From the NCBI GenBank assembly GCA_963823765.1, contig CAWGML010000002.1:92337-156336 (forward strand): a stretch of 64,000 nucleotides of DNA, in the 5' to 3' direction. The translations under genes were made by a program, and so were the position numbers. The number at the start of each line of letters is the position of its first letter. The stretch's first letter is position 1. Of this stretch, positions 48,228 to 58,920 are shown in pieces. The notes under the pieces are model-generated. The model saw only the letters and a list, made by a program, of their open reading frames with translations. It ran no database searches and was not told the origin of the DNA. This DNA comes from Candidatus Dormiibacterota bacterium. Lineage in GTDB: Bacteria > Chloroflexota > Dormibacteria > Aeolococcales > Aeolococcaceae.

Positions 48228-49776
48228 CTAGGAGAAGGTGATCGCGTCGGTGGCGCCGCGCTGCGGGCGGTGCACCACCTTGGTGTAGGTCGTCGATGTC
48301 ACCGTGCCCTGGGCGATGTTCTTCGGCGAGATGACGATCTGGTCGAGCGAGCTGTTCTCCACGAGCAGGTTCTGGACGTCGCCGATGAGCAGCCGGAACG
48401 TGCCGCCTCCGGTCATCCGCTCGCCGTTGATGGTGATGCTCTGGTTGACCCGCGCCATGTCAGGCGCGTTGTTGATCTGGCCGCCCTGGCCGGAGCTCAC
48501 GAAGTTGGTGATCGTGATGTGGTCGCAGGGGGTTGAGATCACCCAGCCGGCCGTGCCTCCGAAGCTGCCCGGCGTGTACGTGTAGTTGGTCACGGTCACG
48601 AAGCTGTCGGCGTACAGCGAGATGCGCGAGCCGGTGTGCTGCACGTTGCTGATCGAGCCGTTCTTCTGGAAGGAGAAGCTGAACCCGTCACTCTTGAGGT
48701 GGTCGTTGAGGATGACGTCGTTGATGACGTTGTTGGTGTCGTACTGGCCATCGCCGGGATGGGCCCCGGGCGGGCCGGGGTAGTAGATGCCGAATGTCCT
48801 GGTGCCCGAGATCACCCGGACGCGCTGCACCGTGGTGTTGCTGCCGCCGTCGCCGATGCCGTGGCCGCCGGAGTGGGTCTGGGTGTCGAAGGTGAGGTCC
48901 TCCACCGTCACGCCGTCGCAGTGGTTGCTGAAGAGGTCCTTCTTCAGTGTCAGCTCGACCAGAGCTGGTGCTGTCGCGGCCGGCGCCCGCGAACGTGATC
49001 GGCACAGTGCCACCGATCTGGATGCTGGCCGGGGCGGCGGTGGAGAAGGTGTAGGTGCCGGCGGGCACGTACACGATCCCGCCTCCCGCACCCTGCGCGG
49101 CGGCGATGGCCGACTTGAACGCGGCCGCATTGTCACCGCTGCCGTCGCCGTGCGCACCGTATGCGGTCACCGCGAAGACCTGTCCCACCGTGAAGCTCGA
49201 CGAGCTGGCTCCCTTGCCGCCCTTGGTCGACACGACGATCGGCCCGCTGCTCGCTCCCGCGGGCACGGTGGTCGTGATCTTGCTGTAGGAGTTCACCGTG
49301 AAGGGCGCGGAGACGCCGTTGAAGGTGACCTTGAGCACCTTGACGAAGGCGCTCCCCGTGAGGGTGACGCTGGTCCCGGCCGGGCCGAACTTCGGTGTGT
49401 AGTCCGTGACCGTCGGGGACACCTTGAACTTCTTGCTGCTCGCGGCGTTGCCGCCAGGTGCGCTCACCACGATCAACGCCGTGGTGGCACCGAAAGGCAC
49501 TGTGGCGGTGATCTGGGTGTTGGAGTTGACCGTGTAGCTGGCGTGCACGTTGTGGAAGGTGACCGCCGTGGCCCCGGTGAACCCGCTTCCTGTGATCGTG
49601 ACCGAGGTACCCACCGGTCCCGACCCCGGCGAGAAGCCGGTGATGGTGGGACCCGACGCGAAGCCGCGCACGCTCGACGCGAGCAGCGAGCCGCTCACCA
49701 CCACCAGCACGGCGGCGGCTGTCACCAACCGCCGCCACTGACTCCGTTGCCTGTTCAAGCTCCCATCCCTCCTCAT
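48228..49776 (-). CDS. Secreted tandem-IPT/TIG + beta-helix protein, paralog 2 (apparent frameshift near 48950)
   Basis: Signal peptide, then two or three TIG domains (PTITGFSPGSGPVGTSVTITGSGFTGATAVTF; PTVTDYTPKFGPAGTSVTLTGSAF). The beta-helix N-cap is AVTAYGAHGDGSGDNAAAFKSAIAAAQGAGGGIVYVPAGTYTF. It continues in frame 48228..49157 (LTFDTQTHSGGHGIGDGG...), which is collinear with paralog 3. Confidence 0.7.
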
Positions 49777-49788
49777 GTCGGCGAGAGC

Positions 49789-51321
49789 CTAGGGCGAGAA
49801 GGTGATGGCATCGGTCGCGCCACTCTGGGGACGGTGCATCACGCTCGTGTACGTGGAGTTCTGCACTGTGCCCTGCGCGATGTTCCTCGGCGAGATGATG
49901 ATCTCGTCCAAGGTGCTGTTGTCGACGAGCAGGTTCTGCACGTCCCCGATCAGCAGCCTGAAGCTAGGGCCGCCGGTCATCACCTCGTTCCTGATGGTGA
50001 TGTTCTGGTTGACGCGAGCCGGGGTCGGCGCCGTCTTGATCTGGCCGCCCTCGCCGGCGGTGGTGAAGTTGGTGATGGTGACGTTGACGCAGGGCGTCGA
50101 CATCACGAAGCCGGCGGTGGCCCCGTGGGTGCCGGGCGTGTAGTTGTAGTTGGTGATGGTGGTGTTGGTGTCCGCGTAGATGGTGATCCGCGAGCCGGTG
50201 TGCTGCACGTTGCTGATCGAGGCGTTGTCCTGGAAGGAGAAGCTCCAGCCGTCACCGGTGAACTCGTCGTTGAGGATGAGGTCGTTGACGACGTTGCCCT
50301 CGCTGTGCAGGCCGTTGCCGGGGTGCGCGCCGGGCGGGCCTGAGTAGTAGATGCCGAAGGTGTGGGTGCCGGAGATCACCCGGATGCGCTGCACCAGCGT
50401 GTGGTTGCCACCGATGCCGAGGCCGTGGCCTCCGTTGAACGTCTGGGTGTCGAGAGTGAGGTCCTGCACGGTGACGCCGTCGGTGCGGACGCTGAGCAGG
50501 TCCTTCCTGCCGCTGGTCGTCTCGACCAGCGTGGTGTTGTCGCGGCCCGCCCCGGCGAACACGATCGGCACGGTGCCATTGATCTGGATGCTCGCGGGTG
50601 TGGCGTTGGCGAAGTAGTAGGTGCCGGACGGCACGAAGACGGTGCTGCCCGCCCCGGCGGCCTCGGCGTCTGCGATGGCCGACTGGAAGTTGGCCGTGTT
50701 GTCACCGGTGCTGTCGCCGTGGGCGCCGTAGGCGGTGACGTCGAACTCCTCGCTGAAGTTGGTCGAGCTGGTGCCCGGCCCCCACTTCGTGGTCACTGTG
50801 ATCGGCCCCGTGGTGTCGCCCGCCGGGACGGTGGCGGTGATCTGGCTGTAGGAGTCCACCGTGAAGGTGGTCGTCGGCACGCCGTTGAAGGCGACCTGGG
50901 TGGCGCCCGTGAACGCGCTCCCGCTGATGGTCACCGTGTCCCCCGCCTTGCCGGTCCCGGGGGTGAAGCCGGTGACCGCCGGGGTCACCTTGAAGAACTT
51001 GTGCGTGCTGGTGACGTTGCCGCCAGGGGTGTGGATGCTGATCGTGCCCCTCGAAGCACCGAACGGGACGGTGGCGTCGATCTCGGTGTCCGACGCCACG
51101 GTGAAGCTCGCCGCCACCAGGTGGAACTTGACGCTGGTCGCGCCGGTGAAGCCGGTCCCGGTGATGGTCACGGGGGTGCCTACCGGTCCGCTGGTGGGGG
51201 AGAAGCCGGAGATGGTCGGCCCTGACGCGGCCACCGACAGTGTCGAGCCGAACAGGGAGCCACCAGCCACGGCGACGATTGCGCAGGTGGTGACAAGCCG
51301 ACGCCAATGGATGTGATGCAA
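49789..51321 (-). CDS. Secreted tandem-IPT/TIG + beta-helix protein, paralog 3 (intact)
   Basis: 510-aa intact ORF with a signal peptide, two TIG domains and a beta-helix. It is about 85-90% identical in long stretches to paralog 1 (DVTAYGAHGDSTGDNTANFQSAIADAEAAGAGSTVFVPSGTYYF). It lies 12 nt upstream of paralog 2. Confidence 0.85.
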   Translation of the reverse strand: MHHIHWRRLVTTCAIVAVAGGSLFGSTLSVAASGPTISGFSPTSGPVGTPVTITGTGFTGATSVKFHLVAASFTVASDTEIDATVPFGASRGTISIHTPGGNVTSTHKFFKVTPAVTGFTPGTGKAGDTVTISGSAFTGATQVAFNGVPTTTFTVDSYSQITATVPAGDTTGPITVTTKWGPGTSSTNFSEEFDVTAYGAHGDSTGDNTANFQSAIADAEAAGAGSTVFVPSGTYYFANATPASIQINGTVPIVFAGAGRDNTTLVETTSGRKDLLSVRTDGVTVQDLTLDTQTFNGGHGLGIGGNHTLVQRIRVISGTHTFGIYYSGPPGAHPGNGLHSEGNVVNDLILNDEFTGDGWSFSFQDNASISNVQHTGSRITIYADTNTTITNYNYTPGTHGATAGFVMSTPCVNVTITNFTTAGEGGQIKTAPTPARVNQNITIRNEVMTGGPSFRLLIGDVQNLLVDNSTLDEIIISPRNIAQGTVQNSTYTSVMHRPQSGATDAITFSP

Positions 51322-51627
51322 AGCGGATCCCCCTCTCCTGTCCCGGGCGCTCAGCCGCGCCCACCTCGGTTGCCTTCCTCATGGAGTGCCGAACCGGCCT
51401 GCGCGCGCCAGTTCTCCCCCCGTAGGCGTGAGTTCTAGAGAACTGTCCTCCCAAAGTCCAGCCGCACCCCAACGTGCTGGCATCTCTTTACAGTTCTTTC
51501 CCACTGCACCAGTGACAGTCGGCGTGCGCACTCGACCGTCCCGGTTACCGTGTACAACTGCACCTCCACGAACGCGCCGGTGTAGGATCCGCCGTGGAGA
51601 GGGGTAAAGAAAGGGGGGGATCATTGG

Positions 51628-53504
51628 TGGCTCACGAGGCCGCGACGCATCGACGCGCGCTCGAGCCGGACCGGTCACGGACCAGGCGGCGACCTCGATG
51701 GCGTCGGCCGGTGCTCAGCGGTGCGCTGTTCCTCCTCGTGGTCGGCTCCGTGCAGGCGGCGACATCAGCGAAGACCTCGATCCAGGCCACAGCCGCGACC
51801 TCCCCGATCAAGCACGTCGTCGTGCTGATGGAGGAGAACCACTCGTTCGACAACTACTTCGGCACCTACCCCGGCGCCAACGGCATCCCTGCAGGCGCCT
51901 GCATCCCCGACCCGGCGGCGGGGCACTGCATCGCGCCGTACCACAACCCGGCCGGCTTCGTCGACGATCTGCCGCACGTCTACCCCGCTGTCATCGACGA
52001 CCTCGATGGGGGCAAGATGGACGGGTTCGTGAAGGTGCTGCAGCACGCCTGCCAGTGTTCGCGGACGGACGCCGCCGGGTACTCCGACGCGACTGACATC
52101 CCCAACTTCTGGCAGTACGCGCAGAACTACACACTGATGGACAACCTCTTCGAGCAGGTGCCGTCGTGGAGCTTCCCGTCGCACGTCGCCATGGTTTCCG
52201 AGTTCACCGGTTCATGCACCTCGCCGACAGACCCGCTGACCTGCACGAGCTCGCCGCGGATGGGCTTCCCCGGCTGGGACACGTGGCCCGCGCCCAGCAA
52301 GACACTGCCCTGGACGGACATGACGTACATCCTGCACAAGCAGGGGATCAGCTGGGGCTACTTCAACGCGGACCAGACCGAGCCCGTCTGCTTCTCCAAC
52401 GCGTGCACGATGACCCGCACCAGCGCGGGAACGCCGATCTGGCAGAACCCCCTCCCGTGGTTCACGGATGTCCAGCAGGATGGACAGCTGGCCAACATCT
52501 CCACGCAGAGCACGTTCTTCAGCGATGTCGCCTCCGACAACCTGCCGTCAGTGTCCTGGCTGATTCCCAACCGGCTGCAGAGCGGGCATCCCGGCACGGG
52601 GACAAACCCCGGCAGCGAGCAGTTCGTCGTCCATGCCATCAACGCAATCGAGTCGAGCCCCGAGTGGTCGAGCACGGCGATCATCCTGGCGTGGGACGAC
52701 TTCGGCGGTGAGTACGACCACGTGGTGCCGCCCAACCTGAGCAGCCTTGCCTACGGCGCCCGCATTCCCGGGATCCTGATCAGCCCCTACGCCAAGAAGG
52801 GCTACATCGACCACCAGACGCTGTCGATCGATTCCTTCAACAGGTTCATCGAGGACACCTTCCTCGGCGGTCAGCGCCTCGACCCGAGCAACGACGGCCG
52901 CCCCGATTCGCGGCCATCGGTGCGCGAGAACGACCCCATCCTGGGCGACCTGAGCCAGGATCTCGACTTCACCCAGCCGCCGTCGCGACCGATGCTGTTA
53001 CCGGAGGTCTCGGTGCCCGACAAGCTCGTACCGGGGCACCAGGTGACCGTGACCGGCACCAACTTCAGGCCGGGCCACCCGGTCGACATCAGGTTCAACT
53101 GTGGAGCGCCGAGCTGCACGGGGGCAATCGACGAGGGGACGGTGACGGCGACCGGCAACGGGTCGTTCTCCACCACCTTCACCGCTCCGACCACCATGCC
53201 GGCCGGCTACTACTTCGTCAGCGGCGCGGGAGCCGACCCACTGACCTGGTTCGGCGTACACTCCGACCCGGCTCACCAACTCCAAGGGACAGGCGCCGCC
53301 GCTGCCGGACAACCCAGCCGTACCGGACGACTGAGCCGGCCACCGGGAAGCCGGTGGCGTGCCCTCTCCCCGGTGGGTCGCCAGTGTCAGGTCGGGTCGT
53401 TCAGGTCCGCCAGGTCCACCTGGCGCATCGCCGGCGTCACCGCCGTCTGGCTCAACTTCACCGGCCTGCGCGGTGCTTGCGTGAAGTTGAAGCTGCCGGT
53501 GTAG
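51628..53504 (+). CDS. Phosphoesterase family protein (PF04185; phospholipase C / AcpA acid phosphatase family), type A paralog 1
   Basis: The N-terminal family signature [28 protein letters not shown] comes after a basic signal region (RRRPRWRRPVLSGALFLLV). The start is GTG/TTG near 51625-51628, preceded by AAGGGGGGG. The C-terminal extra domain has FRPGHPVDIRFNCGAPSCTG. The last about 40 aa overlap the convergent gene and may reflect a missed stop. Confidence 0.75.
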
Positions 53505-54935
53505 TTGTAGGCGCTGGCGTCCCAGGTGGAGGTCGTGATCGGCGGCAGGCCGAACGCCCACTCGGTGAAGGCGAGCACGGAGGCGAACTGCGCCGGGTTC
53601 GAGTCGGTGTGTCCGGCGATCGTGTACGGGCTGACGATGATCATGGGCACCCGGATCCCCTGGCCCGTGGGGGGCGCGACGTGGTCGTAGAAGCAGCCGC
53701 AATCGTCCCAGCTGATGAAGATCGCCGTCGATGACCACTCGGGGCTGTTCTCGATCGCGGTCACCGTGGAGCTGATCCAGTTGTCGCCGACGGTCATCGA
53801 GTCGCCGTTGTGCTGCGAGTCCGTCTGGGTGGGCGTGACCAGCGAGAAGTTCGGCAGCTGGCCGGCCGCGGCGTCGGTGCTGAACTGGCTGTTGGAGGGA
53901 TGCTGAGAGACTGGCTTGTTCAGGCACTCGGCAAAGGTGGGACAGGTCGCCCAGCCGTAGCCGGTGGTGTTGCCGCTGCTCTCGCCCTGGCCACCGTTGC
54001 TGCCGCCGGGAGGTCCGCCGTACATCTTCCAGGTGAGGTTGGCGGCGTCGAGGCTGTCCATGATCGTGGGCACGTAGGGCACATCCGAGGGGCGGTAGGC
54101 ACCGCCATTGGTGATCACCGTCCCGGTCGGCGAGGTGGTGCCGTTGAGGGCCGGGTCCGGGAATGCAGGCCGGCTCCGTGGCCTGGTGCCCGTTGCTGGG
54201 GTTCTTCCAGGTGGTGTCCCGGCCGGAGTCGCAGCCCCACCCGTTGCCGAGGAGGCCGAGGGTGCCGGGATGCGGGGTGCCGCCGCCGGTGAAGCCGTCC
54301 ATCGTCCCCGCCACCGCTCCGAGGTGCATGCCCCACGAGGCCAGCGGCCCATCGCTGAACGTGCGGTCAGAGACGGCGAAGTCGTTGGCGAGCGTGAGGA
54401 CGTTCTTGATCGCCGTCTGGCCGGGCGTGTACTGGGTGTAGCACTTGTAGTTGTCCTTGGCGGTGCAGCCCTGGAGCGTCGAGTACCCGTCCATGAGCCC
54501 GCCGTCGATGGCATTGGTCTGGCCCTGGCCCGAGTGGATCACCTGGACGATCTTGTCCTTGGCCTTGGTCAGAGGGATCGAACCGACTCCTTTGACGTTC
54601 CCGGTGGTGGCGCCGTCACAGCGGGCGGTCTGCACACACCAGGCGCCGAGCACGTTGTCGAATGAGTGGTTCTCCTGGAGGATGAACACCACGTGCTGGA
54701 TCGGCGATTGGAACCCGGAGCTGCGCGCGGGGGTGGCGGGGGAGTTGGCCACGGCTGCCCCGGCCACGCCGACGGCGACGACCCCGATCACGGCGCGGCG
54801 CCGCGCCCGGCTCCCCGAGGTGCGCCGCTGGCGACGCGGAAACGCGGATTTCAAGTTCAAGTTGCCCCCTTCGAGTGTCCTCACCCCGGTCTGGTCAGAC
54901 GAGACCGGCGCCTTCCCTCCGACACAGGATGCCAC
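53387..54935 (-). CDS. Phosphoesterase family protein (PF04185), type B paralog 1 (apparent frameshift near 54150)
   Basis: Signal peptide, then IQHVVFILQENHSFDNVLGAWCVQTARCDG. The C-terminal part continues in frame 53387..54514 (PNFSLVTPTQTDSQHNGDSMTVGDNW...[16 protein letters not shown]...IIVSPY). It is collinear with 58921..60352. Confidence 0.7.
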
Positions 54936-55052
54936 AAACGCCAGTACAGAGCAATAACGTCAAGCGCATCAGCCCGACTCTCACCGCCCTCTCAGGCGAG
55001 AGGACCGGGCCGCGCTCGTATCCTGCGGTGGTGACCCTCATGGCGCTCTCGC

Positions 55053-56234
55053 ATGCTGCGGACTAGACGGAGCCGGTGGCTCCTCGCCGCCGCCCTCCTC
55101 GCCGTCTTCGTGCTGTCCGGGGGCGTCGGCGCGCTGGTGGCGCGCGAGACGGCACCGCCGACCGCGTCGCGCTCCTCATCCTCGTCGTCGAACGGCGCCG
55201 CGGGCGCCCCGCTGGCCACCGTGCCGGCGCCCGCTGTGAACGGCGCCTCCGAGCTCAGCATCGCCGCGGCGCACCTCGCCATGGTCATCCACAGCACGTT
55301 CAAGATCAATCCAGACGGGTCGATCGGCACCAACCACAGCGGCTGGCACAGCCTGGGTTTCCAGCGACCCTTCGGCAACGACGCGGAGATGGCCCTGATC
55401 AAGCAGGATCCCCAGGCCCTGTCGCTGGCGGTCACGGCCCTCGAGTACAGCTACCAGCACCAGAACCCCGATGGGTCGTTCCAGGTCACCCAGGTGCCCG
55501 GCGCCGCATACCAGCTGAACACCGACCCGGTGGTCGGCGTGGTCTTCTGGTACGGCGACCTCGGTCATGTGCTGCAGCTGCTGACCGACTTGCAGTGGTA
55601 CCAGGCCAGCCCGGAGACCGCGGCGATCCGGGCGCGCGTCGACGCGCTGCGCTCCAAGATCGCACTGACGTTGCGGTGGCTGTCCGCGCCAACGCAGCTG
55701 AAGGTCGTGCAGAACACCGGCAACCAGGACACCAACCGCGCCACCTTCGGCGCCGAGGGATTCCTCCTCACCGGCGAGTGGCTCAACGACCCCGCAGTCA
55801 TCGCCATCGGCACCGGGCTGCTGCAGAAGGCCGAGGCCAACCTGCGGCCCGACGGCACCATCCTCGAGAAGGGTGGCTTCGACAGTGGCTACCAGTCGGT
55901 GTCGCTCGACAACCTGCTCCACATCTACATGCACCTCAACGGCACCCTGGCGTCGCTCAAGCCCGCGCTCTGGACCATGATCAACAAGGGGATGTCCCGC
56001 GAGAAGCAGGCGATCGCGCCGACCGGCCAGCTGTCGCACGCCAACAACTCGCGCACCTACTGTGGCGGGGAATCCTTCCGCGGCAAGCAGAAGCAGGGCG
56101 GCGGTAACGCGGTGGTGCGCGACCTCGTGTTCTACTCCGGCCTCACCAACGATGCATCGCTGGTCAGCACCGCCAACTCGGTGGTGAAGTTCTACGCCAG
56201 CAACCCCCACAACCTCTGCGCACTTCCGCAATGA
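55053..56234 (+). CDS. Secreted hypothetical protein (paralog of 46884..48173)
   Basis: Signal peptide MLRTRRSRWLLAAALLAVFVLSGGVGA and a Ser-rich linker, with conserved blocks as listed for 46884..48173. Confidence 0.7.
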   Translation: MLRTRRSRWLLAAALLAVFVLSGGVGALVARETAPPTASRSSSSSSNGAAGAPLATVPAPAVNGASELSIAAAHLAMVIHSTFKINPDGSIGTNHSGWHSLGFQRPFGNDAEMALIKQDPQALSLAVTALEYSYQHQNPDGSFQVTQVPGAAYQLNTDPVVGVVFWYGDLGHVLQLLTDLQWYQASPETAAIRARVDALRSKIALTLRWLSAPTQLKVVQNTGNQDTNRATFGAEGFLLTGEWLNDPAVIAIGTGLLQKAEANLRPDGTILEKGGFDSGYQSVSLDNLLHIYMHLNGTLASLKPALWTMINKGMSREKQAIAPTGQLSHANNSRTYCGGESFRGKQKQGGGNAVVRDLVFYSGLTNDASLVSTANSVVKFYASNPHNLCALPQ

Positions 56235-56250
56235 CGGACGCCCACCCCGC

Positions 56251-57490
56251 GTGAGCGCCCCGCCGCCGGCGCCACCACCGCCGACGGCCCCCGAGCGTCG
56301 CTGGCCCGTCTACATCGTGGCCATGGCGCTGGTGGTGATCGCGGCCCTGGTCGTGGTGCTCGTCGTCCATCCCTTCGGATCGACGCGGCCGGCCGGTCCC
56401 GGCAGCGGGTTGGCGGCGGTGACCACCCCCGTCTCGGCCTTCCCCTCGATGAACCCGCCGGCGCCACCCTCGGACGCGTTCAACGTGGTGCGCTACGGCG
56501 CCGACCCTTCGGGCCACCACGACTCGACCGTGGCCATCCGCGCCGCCATCACCAGGGCGTCAGCCTCGCCGGGGAAGACGGTGTACTTCCCCGCGGGGTC
56601 GTACCTGCTCGACCTCAACGACGGGGCCCAGACCGACTTCCAGCTCACCGGGGCCAACGCCCCCAACATCCTCGGGGCGGGGAGGGACTCCACGCTGGTC
56701 GTCGAACGCGTCGGCACCACCGCGTACCCCGGCCTCGCCAAGCCGAAGACGGTCTTCAGGCTCACCAACGTCACCGCCACCGTCTTCGCCGGCCTGACCG
56801 TCGACGCGCAGAGGTACAACGCCGGCGACGCGCTCGACGATTCCGGCGACAACACCACCATCGAGGCCTCCCGCTTCCTCGGGGCGACCAACCGCAACAC
56901 GTTCACGCTCCGCGTCATCGCCGTCTGCAACCAGTCACCGACGCACCATCTCTACGGCATTCACCGCAGCAACAACACCGTCAGGGACGTGATCCTCAGC
57001 GGCCGCGGCACGGGCGGCAACGACGACCTCGACTTCTCCTGCCAGTGGAACGGCACCATCTCGGACATCACGGACGTCGGGCTGGGGAACCGCCCTCTAC
57101 ATCGACAAGGACGTCACCATCACCAACTTCAAGTACACACCGGGAACGGTGGAGAAGAGTCCCAAGGGGTGGTTCATCACCGACTCCTCCGGCATCCACA
57201 TCACCAACTTCACGACCTCCGGCGCGGGCGGGATCATCAGGAACCCCAACTACCAGACCACCAACGTCACCATCGACCACGAGGTCATGACCAAGCCCGG
57301 GTTCTTCTTGGCCATCGGCGACGCCGCCAACGTGACGATCACGAACAGCACGCTCACCGGCCTGCGCATCGAGCCGTACAAGGCAACGACAGCGCTGACG
57401 GTGACGTCGTCGTCCGTGGCCACGACCGTGTGCGCGCCGCAGGCGAGCGCGGTGGTCTCCGGGCTGGCCGGGGTGCGCTGTGGTGGCTGA
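56251..57490 (+). CDS. Membrane-anchored right-handed beta-helix protein (Pectate_lyase_3-like), apparent frameshift near 57095
   Basis: Pro-rich N-terminus plus a TM ([20 protein letters not shown]). The beta-helix N-cap is [42 protein letters not shown]. It continues in frame 57149..57490 ([31 protein letters not shown]...). Confidence 0.65.
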
Positions 57491-58907
57491 GCGGGGGCAC
57501 CGTGGCGCCGGCCCGCTCCGGCACTGGCGGCTGCTGGCGCTGCCGCTGGGGCTCGCGGTCGTTCTGCTCGGCTGCGGCCCTGCGACCAGTGTCGTGACAG
57601 CGCTGCAGAAGATCAAGCACGTCATCGTGATCATGCAGGAGAACCGCTCGTTCGACAGCTACTTCGGCACCTATCCCGGCGCCGACGGCCTGCCGGTGAG
57701 CAACGGTCAATTCACCTCCTGCGTCCCCGACCCGCGAGCGGGGACGTGCCAGCGCCCCTACCACGACCCGTCGATCGTGAACGGGGGAGGGCAGCACAAC
57801 AAGAAGGACGCCGTGGCTGCGATCGACGGCGGCAAGATGGATGGCTTCATCACGGTTGCGGAGACGCGGTCTCGAGGCTGCGGCCCATCTCCCGACGCCA
57901 CCGCGTCGGCGGCCTGCGACCCGGCCACGCCACCCGACGTCATGGGGTACCACGACGCGCGCGAGATCCCCAACTACTGGGCCTACGCGAGGAACTTCGT
58001 CCTCGCGGACCACATGTTCCAATCCGACGCGTCGTGGAGCAGGCCCTCGCACCTGTACCTGGTCTCGGGGTGGTCCGCCCGCTGCAAGAACCCGCAGGAT
58101 GCCTCGACATGCAAGAACGACGACTCGTCCGGCGGGTTCACCAACCTGGGCACCGACACCACGACCACGTCCAGGTACGGGTGGACGGACCTGACCTACC
58201 TGATGCACAAGGACAGCGTCAGCTGGAAGTACTTCGTCGAGACCGGCACGCAGCCCGATTGCAGTGACGAGGCCTGCACCGCGCTGCCGCAGAATGCCAA
58301 GACGCCGAGCATCTGGAACCCGCTCCCATACTTCACGGATGTCTCGCAGGACGGCCAGCTGGGCAACGTGACAAGCCTCGCCAACTTCTACACCGCGGCC
58401 GCCAAGGGGACGCTGCCGGCCGTCAGCTGGGTCGCTCCCTCACAGTCGGAGAGCGAGCACGCACCCGCCACGCTGGCGGCCGGACAGGCGTACACCGCCA
58501 GCCTCATCAACGCGGTGATGAAGGGCCCGGACTGGAGCAGCACCGCGATCTTCCTGACCTGGGACGACTGGGGCGGCTTCTACGACCATGTCGCTCCGCC
58601 CACGGTGGACCAGAACGGCTACGGGCTGCGCGTGCCCTTCATCGTGATCAGCCCCTATGCGCGCAGGGGCTACATCGACCACCAGGTGCTCAGCTTCGAT
58701 GCCTTCAACAAGTTCATCGAGGATGACTTCCTCGGCGGTCAGCGGCTCGACCCCAAGACCGACGGACGGCCCGACCCGCGACCGGACGTCCGCGAGAACA
58801 GTCCGCTCCTCGGCGACCTGGCGCGCGACTTCGACTTCACCCAGCCCCCGTTACAGCCGTTGATACTGCCGCTCACACCCAGCCCCGGTCCCGCGTCGAC
58901 TCCCTAG
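57480..58907 (+). CDS. Phosphoesterase family protein (PF04185), type A paralog 2
   Basis: [28 protein letters not shown] follows a lipoprotein-like signal ([16 protein letters not shown]). The C-terminal blocks [16 protein letters not shown] and [37 protein letters not shown] are shared with 51628..53504. Confidence 0.8.
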   Translation: MVAERGHRGAGPLRHWRLLALPLGLAVVLLGCGPATSVVTALQKIKHVIVIMQENRSFDSYFGTYPGADGLPVSNGQFTSCVPDPRAGTCQRPYHDPSIVNGGGQHNKKDAVAAIDGGKMDGFITVAETRSRGCGPSPDATASAACDPATPPDVMGYHDAREIPNYWAYARNFVLADHMFQSDASWSRPSHLYLVSGWSARCKNPQDASTCKNDDSSGGFTNLGTDTTTTSRYGWTDLTYLMHKDSVSWKYFVETGTQPDCSDEACTALPQNAKTPSIWNPLPYFTDVSQDGQLGNVTSLANFYTAAAKGTLPAVSWVAPSQSESEHAPATLAAGQAYTASLINAVMKGPDWSSTAIFLTWDDWGGFYDHVAPPTVDQNGYGLRVPFIVISPYARRGYIDHQVLSFDAFNKFIEDDFLGGQRLDPKTDGRPDPRPDVRENSPLLGDLARDFDFTQPPLQPLILPLTPSPGPASTP

Positions 58908-58920
58908 CGCCGGCCCCGGC

